Origin: a virus
Direction: 5' to 3' (one strand)
DNA length: 64,000 nucleotides
Virus record (IMG/VR): IMGVR_UViG_3300048838_000628
Span: 1 to 64,000 of that record
The first letter of the stretch is position 1; every line of letters begins with the position of its first letter. Positions 55,711-64,000 of the stretch are shown here, in pieces. Under the pieces are notes generated by a model. The model had not been told where the DNA came from. It saw only the letters and a program-made list of their open reading frames with translations, and searched no databases. A program made the translations under genes and the position numbers.

Positions 55711-55977
55711 TTACGGATCGGGACGTCGCCGCCAATCCGGCTGCACTTTATGGATAGCGCTATCTTCAATTGCTACGCATTCCGCGCGTTGTCTAGGGTC
55801 TAAGAACTCAAACGACTTCCACATCTGATAATACTGTTCAGATGTCATCGAATGAATTTCCATACGTTCGACGACGCACGGGGGCGGATTACTGCCGCCG
55901 TGTTCGAGCCAATCGTTTAGATCTTTTAATGCTGATGCAGCGGCACGAAAGCGTTGCCCAATCCTATCAAGATCCAT
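55711..55977 (-). CDS. Hypothetical protein
   Basis: RBS AAGGAG; lies inside the GC-richer cassette. Confidence 0.55.
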   Translation of the reverse strand: MDLDRIGQRFRAAASALKDLNDWLEHGGSNPPPCVVERMEIHSMTSEQYYQMWKSFEFLDPRQRAECVAIEDSAIHKVQPDWRRRPDP

Positions 55978-56029
55978 CTCACACTCCTTACATCAGAACG
56001 AGCCCGTAGGCAATTCGCATTCTGTCGAC

Positions 56030-58066
56030 CTACGACGGCTCGTACTCTACGAGCTTTAGTTTGCCATTTTCCGCACTCGGATATGGCAATGCGACGGAGA
56101 TTGGCAGGTAGAATTTTGATTGAGACCGCCACTGTATCGGGTCCCACGACGGGTTCCACAGTTGAACATCGAAACTGTACAGTTTCTCGGTTGTCCAAGT
56201 GGTATCGTCAGACGATCTGTAGGCCAGCAACCCAAAATCATCTGAGTTGTTATATCCGACGATAAACACCGTGTTGTCGCTGCGCCGAACTGCAATTCGG
56301 GGAGGGGATAGCACCGGATTAGCCAACCCCACAAACGTACCAACGATGTGTGGTCCAACGCCGGTTTTTACCCACGAAGTCCCGTTATGCCACGTGTGGA
56401 AAAAGCGTGAATTACTATCGACGTCGTTTTTAATGTATGCAAGATGCGGATTGCCATAACTGTCCGCGTCAATGCTTAATTGCGACGTTAATCCGGAGGA
56501 TTTAGCAACCGCATCGATGATATCACAGTTTGCGAGCGTAATTGGCACGGTCTGCGCTGAGCCATCGCTTTGTTCCCAATTTGCCCCGTCCCAGCGCACA
56601 TATGACACATCGTGGTTAGCCAGTGACGAGATAGTTTCCCGCCAGATAAAGCCGAAGTGCATATAGCCACCCGCGCCGAAATCGTTATCAAATGCGGGTT
56701 GTCCCCAATAGGCGTTCTGATCCGGCGTGCTGTTTTTACCGTCGATCAGAAGCCCGGCCGTCGTTCCGGTTGCTGCCCCCCATGTCTCTGTCCCCGCGTT
56801 GTATACGTAGAAATACAGGTCACCGTCACCACTGTCACCATCGCGAAACATATAATATAATGTTCCGGCAGGATCGGTGAAAAATGTGGGATATGTCATC
56901 GCAGATTCGTTCGTCCCCAGCATCGACAGTTCCGCTGAAAGTTGACCGTTGAACGTATTTAGCGGCAGCGTAGACCGGCGGTATTTCATAGCCGACGTTC
57001 GCGTGTCATAGACAATGTGTAAATAGCCGTTAACGTCAATGCCGATGTTGATGACATAGTGGAAATCATCGACTGTTTGTTGTAGTGTTGGAAGCGACGG
57101 GTTAGTACCGTCATAGGCGTACCACGTCCAAGCGCCGTCAAGTACGCGAACCCCAATTCTCGCGTATTGGTTATCATCCCAATATGCAATTGCCTGGTAG
57201 GTTGTCGATCCAATAACGACGCTGTATATCGCGTTCTCGCGAAAAGTCGCGCCGTTGGAATTGTTAGACGTGAGAGAGTCGGTTGCGATTATAGTAGCCG
57301 TTTCTGCCACCGTTACCGGTTGCGCCAGATCGTTCCACATACCCTGAACGTCTGTTAGCGTTAGTGTTGTCCCACCCCAATAGGCCACATAAGCCAACGC
57401 GCCATCGAGGACGCGCGTATTCGCGGCAGATGCACCAACTAATGCAATGGTGAGATTGCCAACCCATGCGCCAAGGGTCGCAGGTGATTGACTGTTTATC
57501 AGCGCGCCATTAAGATACATTTGCACAGAGTCATCGCTCTTGGAATAGACGAGCGTTAACTGCATCCAACCTTGATTGGCGTATAGGCTACTCCCCTGAT
57601 CCGTCGTGCCGTCCGCCGTATATCTCCATCCGAGCTGGTTAACTGTGTTTTTCTGCAGGAATACAAGATTGGTCCCATCGGCAAACAGATGGAAGAATCT
57701 ATTGTCGCGACTATCGTAATAGGCGTCACCCATACGCACGCAAATAGATACAGATCCCTCACTTTGGTTAAACACGCTGGCCAATGCAGATGTGAACACA
57801 TTCCCGATACTGCTTGCCCCGTCACTGACCGGCGACATTTCACCGGGAATAGGACCCGGAACAGATTGCAAGCTCCATCCCGATTGCGTCCCCTCATATC
57901 CTGCCGGAACGGAAGTGATTGCAGCCCCGGACGCAATATCTACGAGAGGGTAAACAACTGACGCCCCGTAGTTAGCAACCAATCGCTCGGCGTAGTTCAT
58001 AAGCGCGCCCGCCCCGCTGCGCCACGTCGGGATGTCTACCAGTCGTCCTATGCTAATACGTGTCAT
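56030..58066 (-). CDS. LamG-like domain + BNR-4 beta-propeller protein (virion accessory / sugar-binding)
   Basis: W.QLTLVY...MYLNG (LamG); D.H..INIGID..GYLHIVYD, TYPTF and FRDGDSGDG (BNR-4). Confidence 0.8.
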   Translation of the reverse strand: MTRISIGRLVDIPTWRSGAGALMNYAERLVANYGASVVYPLVDIASGAAITSVPAGYEGTQSGWSLQSVPGPIPGEMSPVSDGASSIGNVFTSALASVFNQSEGSVSICVRMGDAYYDSRDNRFFHLFADGTNLVFLQKNTVNQLGWRYTADGTTDQGSSLYANQGWMQLTLVYSKSDDSVQMYLNGALINSQSPATLGAWVGNLTIALVGASAANTRVLDGALAYVAYWGGTTLTLTDVQGMWNDLAQPVTVAETATIIATDSLTSNNSNGATFRENAIYSVVIGSTTYQAIAYWDDNQYARIGVRVLDGAWTWYAYDGTNPSLPTLQQTVDDFHYVINIGIDVNGYLHIVYDTRTSAMKYRRSTLPLNTFNGQLSAELSMLGTNESAMTYPTFFTDPAGTLYYMFRDGDSGDGDLYFYVYNAGTETWGAATGTTAGLLIDGKNSTPDQNAYWGQPAFDNDFGAGGYMHFGFIWRETISSLANHDVSYVRWDGANWEQSDGSAQTVPITLANCDIIDAVAKSSGLTSQLSIDADSYGNPHLAYIKNDVDSNSRFFHTWHNGTSWVKTGVGPHIVGTFVGLANPVLSPPRIAVRRSDNTVFIVGYNNSDDFGLLAYRSSDDTTWTTEKLYSFDVQLWNPSWDPIQWRSQSKFYLPISVALPYPSAENGKLKLVEYEPS

Positions 58067-58164
58067 GGTCTCAACTCCTCACCGCGCGGTTCTTTCCACG
58101 CCAGATAAACGATCCCCACCAACAGCGCCAAGGCTGCGATATTCCCTATTATGTAAAGGATCAT
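58063..58164 (-). CDS. 33-aa single-TM peptide
   Basis: MILYIIGNIAALALLVGIVYLAWKEPRGEELRP; ATGA-coupled to the next gene. Confidence 0.5.
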   Translation of the reverse strand: MILYIIGNIAALALLVGIVYLAWKEPRGEELRP

Positions 58165-58165
58165 C

Positions 58166-58531
58166 TTATTCGCCCTTAACTTGCTTAAGCGCTTTCTCCC
58201 ACGCTTCAGCAGATACACGATACGTCCCACGGGTATGCCAAGTATTAGCGCCACCGTAACTAGCGACAAATTTCTGTAAACTATCTGTAGCAATCAAGTA
58301 AATATCGCCAGTCTCGGTTCCTAGAAGAACATGAGCGTAAGAGAAATAACTATCGTAAACTACAGTGATGTTCCCAAATGAATGAGTGCGTTCAGGAGTT
58401 TTAAACCCTGTAATGCTGTTCCAATCTACAACTTCGCCTTCCAGCAAAGCCAAAGAAAGATCGAAACTTCCTTCAGACCAATAGGGCTCTGACCAGACAA
58501 CTGCTATAGCGCCATCTTTAAATATTCTCAT
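58166..58531 (-). CDS. Hypothetical protein
   Basis: Start MRIFK immediately after the upstream stop codon. Confidence 0.6.
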   Translation of the reverse strand: MRIFKDGAIAVVWSEPYWSEGSFDLSLALLEGEVVDWNSITGFKTPERTHSFGNITVVYDSYFSYAHVLLGTETGDIYLIATDSLQKFVASYGGANTWHTRGTYRVSAEAWEKALKQVKGE

Positions 58532-58532
58532 G

Positions 58533-58931
58533 TTAATTGCCAGTATACAAATAAAGTGTTCTTTCAGCAGCCTGATTAACCGCTGTAGCCGCGCCAACTG
58601 TCACAGAAAGAATCTTCATGTAACGCATTCGCTGAATAGGAGCCCAAATCTCAGCAGGAAGGTGATAAATACCTTTTGCATTGGTTTTAATACCGGAAAT
58701 ACGTACTTCGGTACCTTCGTGGTCATAAGCTGTTGCTAAATCAACTGTATCACCATTAGGCGCAAACTGGAAGATAATATCGGCAGCAGTCCAAACAGAA
58801 GGAACAATAATAAAGCCACCACGCGGCTCGCTAAAATGCCATAAATCAATAGGGTCGAGATGCGTGTTAGAGCTAATTGGAATTGTCACGCTTGTAGCAA
58901 ATGTTTCGTTAAGCCTAGCCGTTGTAGTCAC
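58533..58931 (-). CDS. Putative head accessory protein
   Basis: Follows the capsid gene; VPSVWTAADIIFQ...D..G.E pattern. Confidence 0.55.
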   Translation of the reverse strand: MTTTARLNETFATSVTIPISSNTHLDPIDLWHFSEPRGGFIIVPSVWTAADIIFQFAPNGDTVDLATAYDHEGTEVRISGIKTNAKGIYHLPAEIWAPIQRMRYMKILSVTVGAATAVNQAAERTLYLYTGN

Positions 58932-58945
58932 TTTTTACTCTTTCT

Positions 58946-58972
58946 AAACAGGAGGGGCGGTCAAGCCGCCCC
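58946..58972 (-). terminator. Terminator-like hairpin after the major capsid gene
   Basis: GGGGCGG-CTTGA-CCGCCCC followed by TCCTGTTT. Confidence 0.75.
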
Positions 58973-58987
58973 AAACCTAAAGTCTAA

Positions 58988-60670
58988 TTACGCAGCTTCG
59001 TCGTAGGTGACGATAGTAACAGTCGCGGTATCGCTACCGGCTGCATTGGTAATGGTGTAAACATAGGTGTCAACACCCTCAAAGGTTGCGCTCGGAGGCA
59101 CATACGTGAACCCGCCATCAACAGTAATAGTAATCGTACCGCCTTCGGTCGTAGCAACAGTTGTAACTGCCGTAGCTGCCGGAGCAGGAGTACCAGTGTC
59201 GTTTACCAACAGACCGCTACCAGCGGCAACAACTAGCGAACTAGCACCAACTTCACGGGTGTAGAAGTCATTGTTCGCAACAGGAGCAACCTGAGTTACG
59301 AACCCACTAGCCTTCGGGTAACTAACCAAGTTACCTTCAAAGAAGAATGTACTCAAAGGATCACCAGACTTTGCACCATAGATGCTATCGCAAGCAACAT
59401 CGATAATTTTCATTTGTGCCCAAGGACCGGGCATGTCAACGCGCCACTGAAGTTCAGTGTGGATGCGATAGCAAGTGTGGTCAAGCGTCTTCCACGACAG
59501 AATGCGCGAATTATCGCTAACCATGTACTCGCTACCAGCCGGAGGAGTAGCCGCAACAGCCGACATATCCTTAACCTGAATACGAACCAGCGGCGTATTA
59601 CCGACATTGGGCGTCAGGATCAGAATAGTAGCAAGAGCAGGGTCCCCAGGTTCCGCACCAGCCGACAACAGACCGTAGTCGTAGGGGAAGAACACAACCG
59701 GAACGCCATGGAACGTCAAGGTAACATTCTGACCGGCCATAAGCGTGTTCTTAAGCTGATTCAGCATAGCCTGAACTTCACTTTCCATCATCCACTCTTT
59801 GTTGCCGCCGCAATGCGTGTGGCAAACCCAAGCGTCAATCAGACAGTTGAGATGTTCAGTCGGGATAAGGCCAATGTGTGTCGGCATACCGGACAGCGAA
59901 GAATGGGCAATACGCTGGCGGGTCAAGCGAAGGAACGAGGCCACATAGTCATAGAAAGCATAGCCGTCAGTAACAGCATCGCCATTAAACGTAACACCAG
60001 TAGCGCCATTCTCAGGAGCAAAGCTGTTGCCATTATAGTCAATAACCGTGCTGTCCATAGACGTACAGGCTTCACCGGTTTCGGGATCAGTGTAGCCATA
60101 AGTCACTAGCTGAAGCAGACCATCGGCCTCGCCAGCGTTCGATTTATTGCCGTTGATAATAAATCTCTGAAGGTCTTGCAGCATAACAGTCGTCTGACGA
60201 ACCACGTCCCACTCATAGTCGTCATCGATCATATTCCCGCCGATGTCATAAATCGGGCGCTGTGACGAATAACGAATAGGCAGGTCGGTAATGTCACGCG
60301 TGTCTGATGACTTGCGCATACGGCCCCAACCCTCTAGCAGATACGAACAGCCACCAGACTCAACACCAGTACCCGGAGCGCACGCATCAGCATGAGCGCT
60401 AGAAACAGGTGAACCATCGGCAGTACCAGCAGGTGCAACATAAGTCAGGAAATTACGCTTAATCAAATGAACATTGCTGTTCACAAAACCAATAGCATCA
60501 AGAGCGCGATTGTAGCCACCCAAAAGGGTGAAAGAAACAATAGCGTCTTCCGAATCGAGATCAAACAACGGCTGGTTATACAAACCATCAACCGGCCCAA
60601 TCGACAGCGCTTCCGTACCAGAATCACGCTTGATGAAATTACCGCCCTTTGAATTACGTTTCTGCATCAT
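58988..60670 (-). CDS. Major capsid protein with C-terminal Ig-like (Big_9/cadherin-like) domain
   Basis: Follows the protease/scaffold gene; IING....EADGL motif; PVANNDFYT...LLVNDT...DGGFTY.P...G.DTY.YTI...TATVTI. Confidence 0.8.
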   Translation of the reverse strand: MMQKRNSKGGNFIKRDSGTEALSIGPVDGLYNQPLFDLDSEDAIVSFTLLGGYNRALDAIGFVNSNVHLIKRNFLTYVAPAGTADGSPVSSAHADACAPGTGVESGGCSYLLEGWGRMRKSSDTRDITDLPIRYSSQRPIYDIGGNMIDDDYEWDVVRQTTVMLQDLQRFIINGNKSNAGEADGLLQLVTYGYTDPETGEACTSMDSTVIDYNGNSFAPENGATGVTFNGDAVTDGYAFYDYVASFLRLTRQRIAHSSLSGMPTHIGLIPTEHLNCLIDAWVCHTHCGGNKEWMMESEVQAMLNQLKNTLMAGQNVTLTFHGVPVVFFPYDYGLLSAGAEPGDPALATILILTPNVGNTPLVRIQVKDMSAVAATPPAGSEYMVSDNSRILSWKTLDHTCYRIHTELQWRVDMPGPWAQMKIIDVACDSIYGAKSGDPLSTFFFEGNLVSYPKASGFVTQVAPVANNDFYTREVGASSLVVAAGSGLLVNDTGTPAPAATAVTTVATTEGGTITITVDGGFTYVPPSATFEGVDTYVYTITNAAGSDTATVTIVTYDEAA

Positions 60671-60678
60671 AGTCTTAA

Positions 60679-61986
60679 TTAACCCTTTGTCACTTTAATT
60701 TTTTCACGATTAGCGCGGGCACGTTCACGCGGGGACATTTCTTCTTCGTCCTTAGTTTCAGCTTCCGGCTCAGTAAACTGTTTGTAAACAACTTTAACAT
60801 TACGATTACGAACCGCAGTTGACAAGCTTAGTGTCGCTTCCTGAATCTTTTCATTGTCCTCGCGTTCAACAGAAGCAAGACGCTCTGTTAGTTCATCAAT
60901 ACGCGCACGAGCAGTTTCAAGTTCAGCAACCAATTCACTACTGTCAAAAACGGGGACAGTGATCTTTTCAGCAACCTTGATAGCAATTGCGTCGATAATT
61001 TCTTCAGTAATCTCAAGCTCTACTTCTTCGGGAGCTTCTTCTTCGACAACCGGTTCTTCGACCACAACTTCAGGCTCAGGTTCAGGATCACCGTCGCGTG
61101 TAATCATTTTTTCATCTTCAATCTTTCGGCTGCGCACATTGGCGTCATCCAAAAGCGATTCAACTTCGTCTTCGGCTTCTGTGCCGAGAAATTCGAGCAA
61201 GGCTTTCTTTGCCCGATCACGGTCATAACCCATGTTTCCACTCCTTAAACTAGAAATAGTAGTAAAGTAGCTCGCCGCAGCATTTTCTTTGAGCAAAGAA
61301 CACTCAATTAAGATACCGCGATTGAACGTACTGATTTCGGTGTTACCAATTCGGATCACTTCAGGTTCTTCTGTAATCCTAAATCCAATGCTTATGCCCC
61401 AAACACCATCACTATTATCGCCCAACTTTTCAGCAATTCGAGAGCCAATAGTGGTAGTTTCGTCAACAAGACCGGAGATAATGAGAAACTTCTCATATCT
61501 GAATACTTTTTCCACAGTGCCAAAGCGCACCGCTTCACCGAGATGATAAAAGGTTAGATATGCTTTATCTTCTTGATCTTCGTAGGCTTCTTCAAACGAA
61601 TCAAATAAAGCCGTTGTGTCAAGCTCAGCAACTCGATTCAAAACAGCCGCAGCCGCAATTCCATAAAAATATAGTTGACCATCAGCATTTCTACGAACGA
61701 ATGTACGAGAACGCTCAGCGGGTACTTCTACATACTCAATTGCAACTTCAGTGGGTTCGCTAAGAGTAACAGAGTCATTAGCGTAATCAACACCTAAACG
61801 GTATAGCTTCCCATTGTCAGTTACAACAATGTAGTCGCCTTGTTCTGAACGCATGTATTCTAAAAGATAAGGATAATCAAACCCCGAAGAAGTTTCTAGT
61901 GCCTCATAAATCTGAGTAAAAAACTGGTCGTTTGTCAACTCCCTGTTAACACCCAAAAGGCTTTTAAAAACATTTTTTAAGCCCAT
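60679..61986 (-). CDS. Prohead protease fused to a scaffold region
   Basis: LTFYH, WGISIGF, ECSLL...AA; acidic coiled-coil C-terminal half. Confidence 0.75.
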   Translation of the reverse strand: MGLKNVFKSLLGVNRELTNDQFFTQIYEALETSSGFDYPYLLEYMRSEQGDYIVVTDNGKLYRLGVDYANDSVTLSEPTEVAIEYVEVPAERSRTFVRRNADGQLYFYGIAAAAVLNRVAELDTTALFDSFEEAYEDQEDKAYLTFYHLGEAVRFGTVEKVFRYEKFLIISGLVDETTTIGSRIAEKLGDNSDGVWGISIGFRITEEPEVIRIGNTEISTFNRGILIECSLLKENAAASYFTTISSLRSGNMGYDRDRAKKALLEFLGTEAEDEVESLLDDANVRSRKIEDEKMITRDGDPEPEPEVVVEEPVVEEEAPEEVELEITEEIIDAIAIKVAEKITVPVFDSSELVAELETARARIDELTERLASVEREDNEKIQEATLSLSTAVRNRNVKVVYKQFTEPEAETKDEEEMSPRERARANREKIKVTKG

Positions 61987-61998
61987 AAATGCGTTTCC

Positions 61999-62580
61999 TT
62001 AACACTCATAAGTACAGCCGTGGTTATTTATCCACGCCTCTAAATAATCCGAACCAAAAGTTTGTTCTATCCATAGCATAGGCGGTTTGGCATTTTTTGT
62101 TAAATTGCATTTAGCACATGTCAAAGCAATATTAGAAGAATTATTATTGCCGCCTTTAGCCAGCGGTATAATATGATCTATATGGTATTTATCCTCAATA
62201 GAGCAATAACAATAAAAACATAAGCCGTTTTGTGCCTTAAATTTCTCTAAAATATCTGAATCAGCAAAAGTCCCCTCAGCATTTCGTAGCCTGGCTCTAC
62301 GCTTTGCTCGACTTATTTTTTGACTGAGTTTAAATTTGGAACGATTTTTGCTTCTATATTCGCTAATCTTGTTTTTGTAATATTTTAGATTATCATAATA
62401 TTTTTTTGATTGTTTTTGTCTAATCTTAGACTTATTTGCTTCAACATATTTTTTATTCATTTGGTTCTTACATTTTTTACAACAATTCTCAAAACATCCA
62501 CCATATCTTTTTCTCCACTGAAAAAATTCTTCAGTTAATGGAAGTTCCTCGTTACATTTTGGACAAATCTTCATGTCCAC
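61999..62580 (-). CDS. HNH endonuclease with N-terminal Zn finger
   Basis: CPKC...CKKC; CFYC...HIDHIIPLAKGG.N...N....C..CN..K. Confidence 0.9.
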   Translation of the reverse strand: MDMKICPKCNEELPLTEEFFQWRKRYGGCFENCCKKCKNQMNKKYVEANKSKIRQKQSKKYYDNLKYYKNKISEYRSKNRSKFKLSQKISRAKRRARLRNAEGTFADSDILEKFKAQNGLCFYCYCSIEDKYHIDHIIPLAKGGNNNSSNIALTCAKCNLTKNAKPPMLWIEQTFGSDYLEAWINNHGCTYEC

Positions 62581-63980
62581 TAGTACGCTCTTTTCCTTAG
62601 CATTTCATCGCCATTTTTATATAATACTTCTACATTGCCATTTGGAAACTCGTATTCATATAATTTATCTGGCGCGTCATAATTACCGATAATCTCGCGT
62701 TTTGAATTATATGAATAGGTTATGATCGGTTCATCAGGATAGGTTTTAGCAAAGCGACGAATCTCAAAGTTATCTCTGGCACGCTGGCGAACATGCTGAA
62801 GGTCTGTGACCGTTAGACTTTTATCTTCAATTCCAGCAATCCAGTCACGAGGCAAAATACCACTTTTGGCAAGAAGATAACGTCCTTCTTGTGCATCAAT
62901 CAATTCGCTATCTTTCATAGACTTAATATTCGCAATGACAAGAGCGTTGATTTCTTCTTGTGCTAAGGTATCATCATCGTTACGCATGTTAAAATCGAAT
63001 AATACGCTCGGCGGCAAGAAATAAGATTGTATTTGATCTTGAAAACTTAATGCAAATTCTAATTCACCCATATAAGTCGTGTTTTTTCGCATAGCGTCGA
63101 TTTCACGACCGCGCCCAAAAGTTCCCGATTCCGGCGTCCAAAACTGATAAATGTTTGTACCAAATGCTAAAGAATACGCTTTCATAATATTATCCAGCCA
63201 ATCGCGCAAATTGAAGTTATCAGGAAGTTCAGATAAGCCAATTAAATCTAATTTTGCATTAGGGTCTTTAACAAACAACCCAAAAACACCATCATATGTT
63301 GCCGTATCTTGGTTTTCTTTTTCTTGCTGAAAATTAGCTACTGCTGAATCCCATTCTTGGCGTCCTACCCCTGTTGCAAAAAGAATTCCTTTTGGCGGGG
63401 CTACTCCTAGCTTTTCAAGCTGATGATAGTGCAGACCTATCATCAAACGGGTAAACAACAGCGCTCTTTCAATTGCGCAAAAGCCAGCGTAATTTAGCTT
63501 TTCTTGAACAGCAGGCATCGAATTTCCGTGAATATAAGTTTCCCGACGGAGTTTCTTTTTGCCTGTCGCTGGATAATAATACATTGGATAATCACGCGCA
63601 CCTGTCATACGCAGACGCGAGGGATCAACATGCCACATGGTATCCGAAACCTTATTCCCGTCAACTCCAATTTCGGAGACATAACCTAAATTCGAAGAAT
63701 ACCAAGCTGTAGAATTTAGGGACAAGAATTGCCGCCAACCTTCGTTGTTATGGACAGTATGAAGCTTTTTAGCAAAATTACTTACTAAACGTGCCCCACC
63801 AGTTAATGTCCAGGCCCTATTCTTGTCCCTTGCTACTGACGCCGCTAATACACTGGCTATTAAGCTCTCTGATCTCCAGAAATGTTGTAGCGCTTCGTCA
63901 CGCTTCCGCGTATCGGCTTCATAAGGTGGTAAGACCTGATCCGATCTAGTAACCATGTTAATAATACGACGAAACATCAT
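62580..63980 (-). CDS. Portal protein (frame open to the window end; possibly 5'-truncated)
   Basis: Position before the protease; VDPSRLR, PKGIL and AFG motifs; size fits a portal. Confidence 0.75.
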   Translation of the reverse strand: MMFRRIINMVTRSDQVLPPYEADTRKRDEALQHFWRSESLIASVLAASVARDKNRAWTLTGGARLVSNFAKKLHTVHNNEGWRQFLSLNSTAWYSSNLGYVSEIGVDGNKVSDTMWHVDPSRLRMTGARDYPMYYYPATGKKKLRRETYIHGNSMPAVQEKLNYAGFCAIERALLFTRLMIGLHYHQLEKLGVAPPKGILFATGVGRQEWDSAVANFQQEKENQDTATYDGVFGLFVKDPNAKLDLIGLSELPDNFNLRDWLDNIMKAYSLAFGTNIYQFWTPESGTFGRGREIDAMRKNTTYMGELEFALSFQDQIQSYFLPPSVLFDFNMRNDDDTLAQEEINALVIANIKSMKDSELIDAQEGRYLLAKSGILPRDWIAGIEDKSLTVTDLQHVRQRARDNFEIRRFAKTYPDEPIITYSYNSKREIIGNYDAPDKLYEYEFPNGNVEVLYKNGDEMLRKRAY

Positions 63981-64000
63981 CTCGTCGTTGTCAAACCTAT

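Larger units (their letters stand above)
55690..58200. other. GC-richer inserted cassette (moron-like or recombination patch)
   Basis: Abrupt shift to GCG/ACG/CCG/TCG-rich codons; orphan half-hairpin at 55695-55706; right boundary approximate. Confidence 0.6.

Noticed and set aside
55690-55713. Stop-codon read-through fusing the 55711 ORF to the SGNH gene (same frame)
   Set aside because: It needs read-through of two TAA codons, and all three stop codons are used normally elsewhere, so there is no sign of recoding.

Overview
The window is most of a tailed dsDNA phage genome (long non-contractile tail likely) in two convergent arms. The + strand arm (1-32332, AT-rich) carries many small accessory ORFs, including tandem paralog arrays. 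It also encodes a Cas4-like nuclease, a MoxR-type AAA+/VWA pair, an SSB, a DnaE polymerase, a DnaB-like helicase, a primase, two adenine methyltransferases, ThyX, dUTPase, a DUF5664 protein, GIY-YIG nucleases and a pentapeptide-repeat protein. The - strand arm (63980 down to 32368) is the morphogenesis and lysis operon: portal, HNH, protease/scaffold, major capsid with a fused Ig domain, a GC-richer inserted cassette, head-tail genes, tail tube, chaperones, a 2370-aa tape measure, tail tip, two fibres, holin and two atypical lysins. The arms meet at a bidirectional terminator near 32350. I saw no integrase, terminase, tRNA or CRISPR array. The best novel-system candidate is a DUF1360-like membrane CxxC protein plus two CxC/CC mini-proteins sitting among unusually Cys-rich virion proteins, which may be a phage-encoded disulfide-formation relay. 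Other leads are the paralog arrays, consensus promoters inside genes, gyrase-site-like elements about 11 kb apart, a candidate +1 chaperone frameshift and a candidate structured RNA. All calls come from motif recognition by eye; no searches were run.
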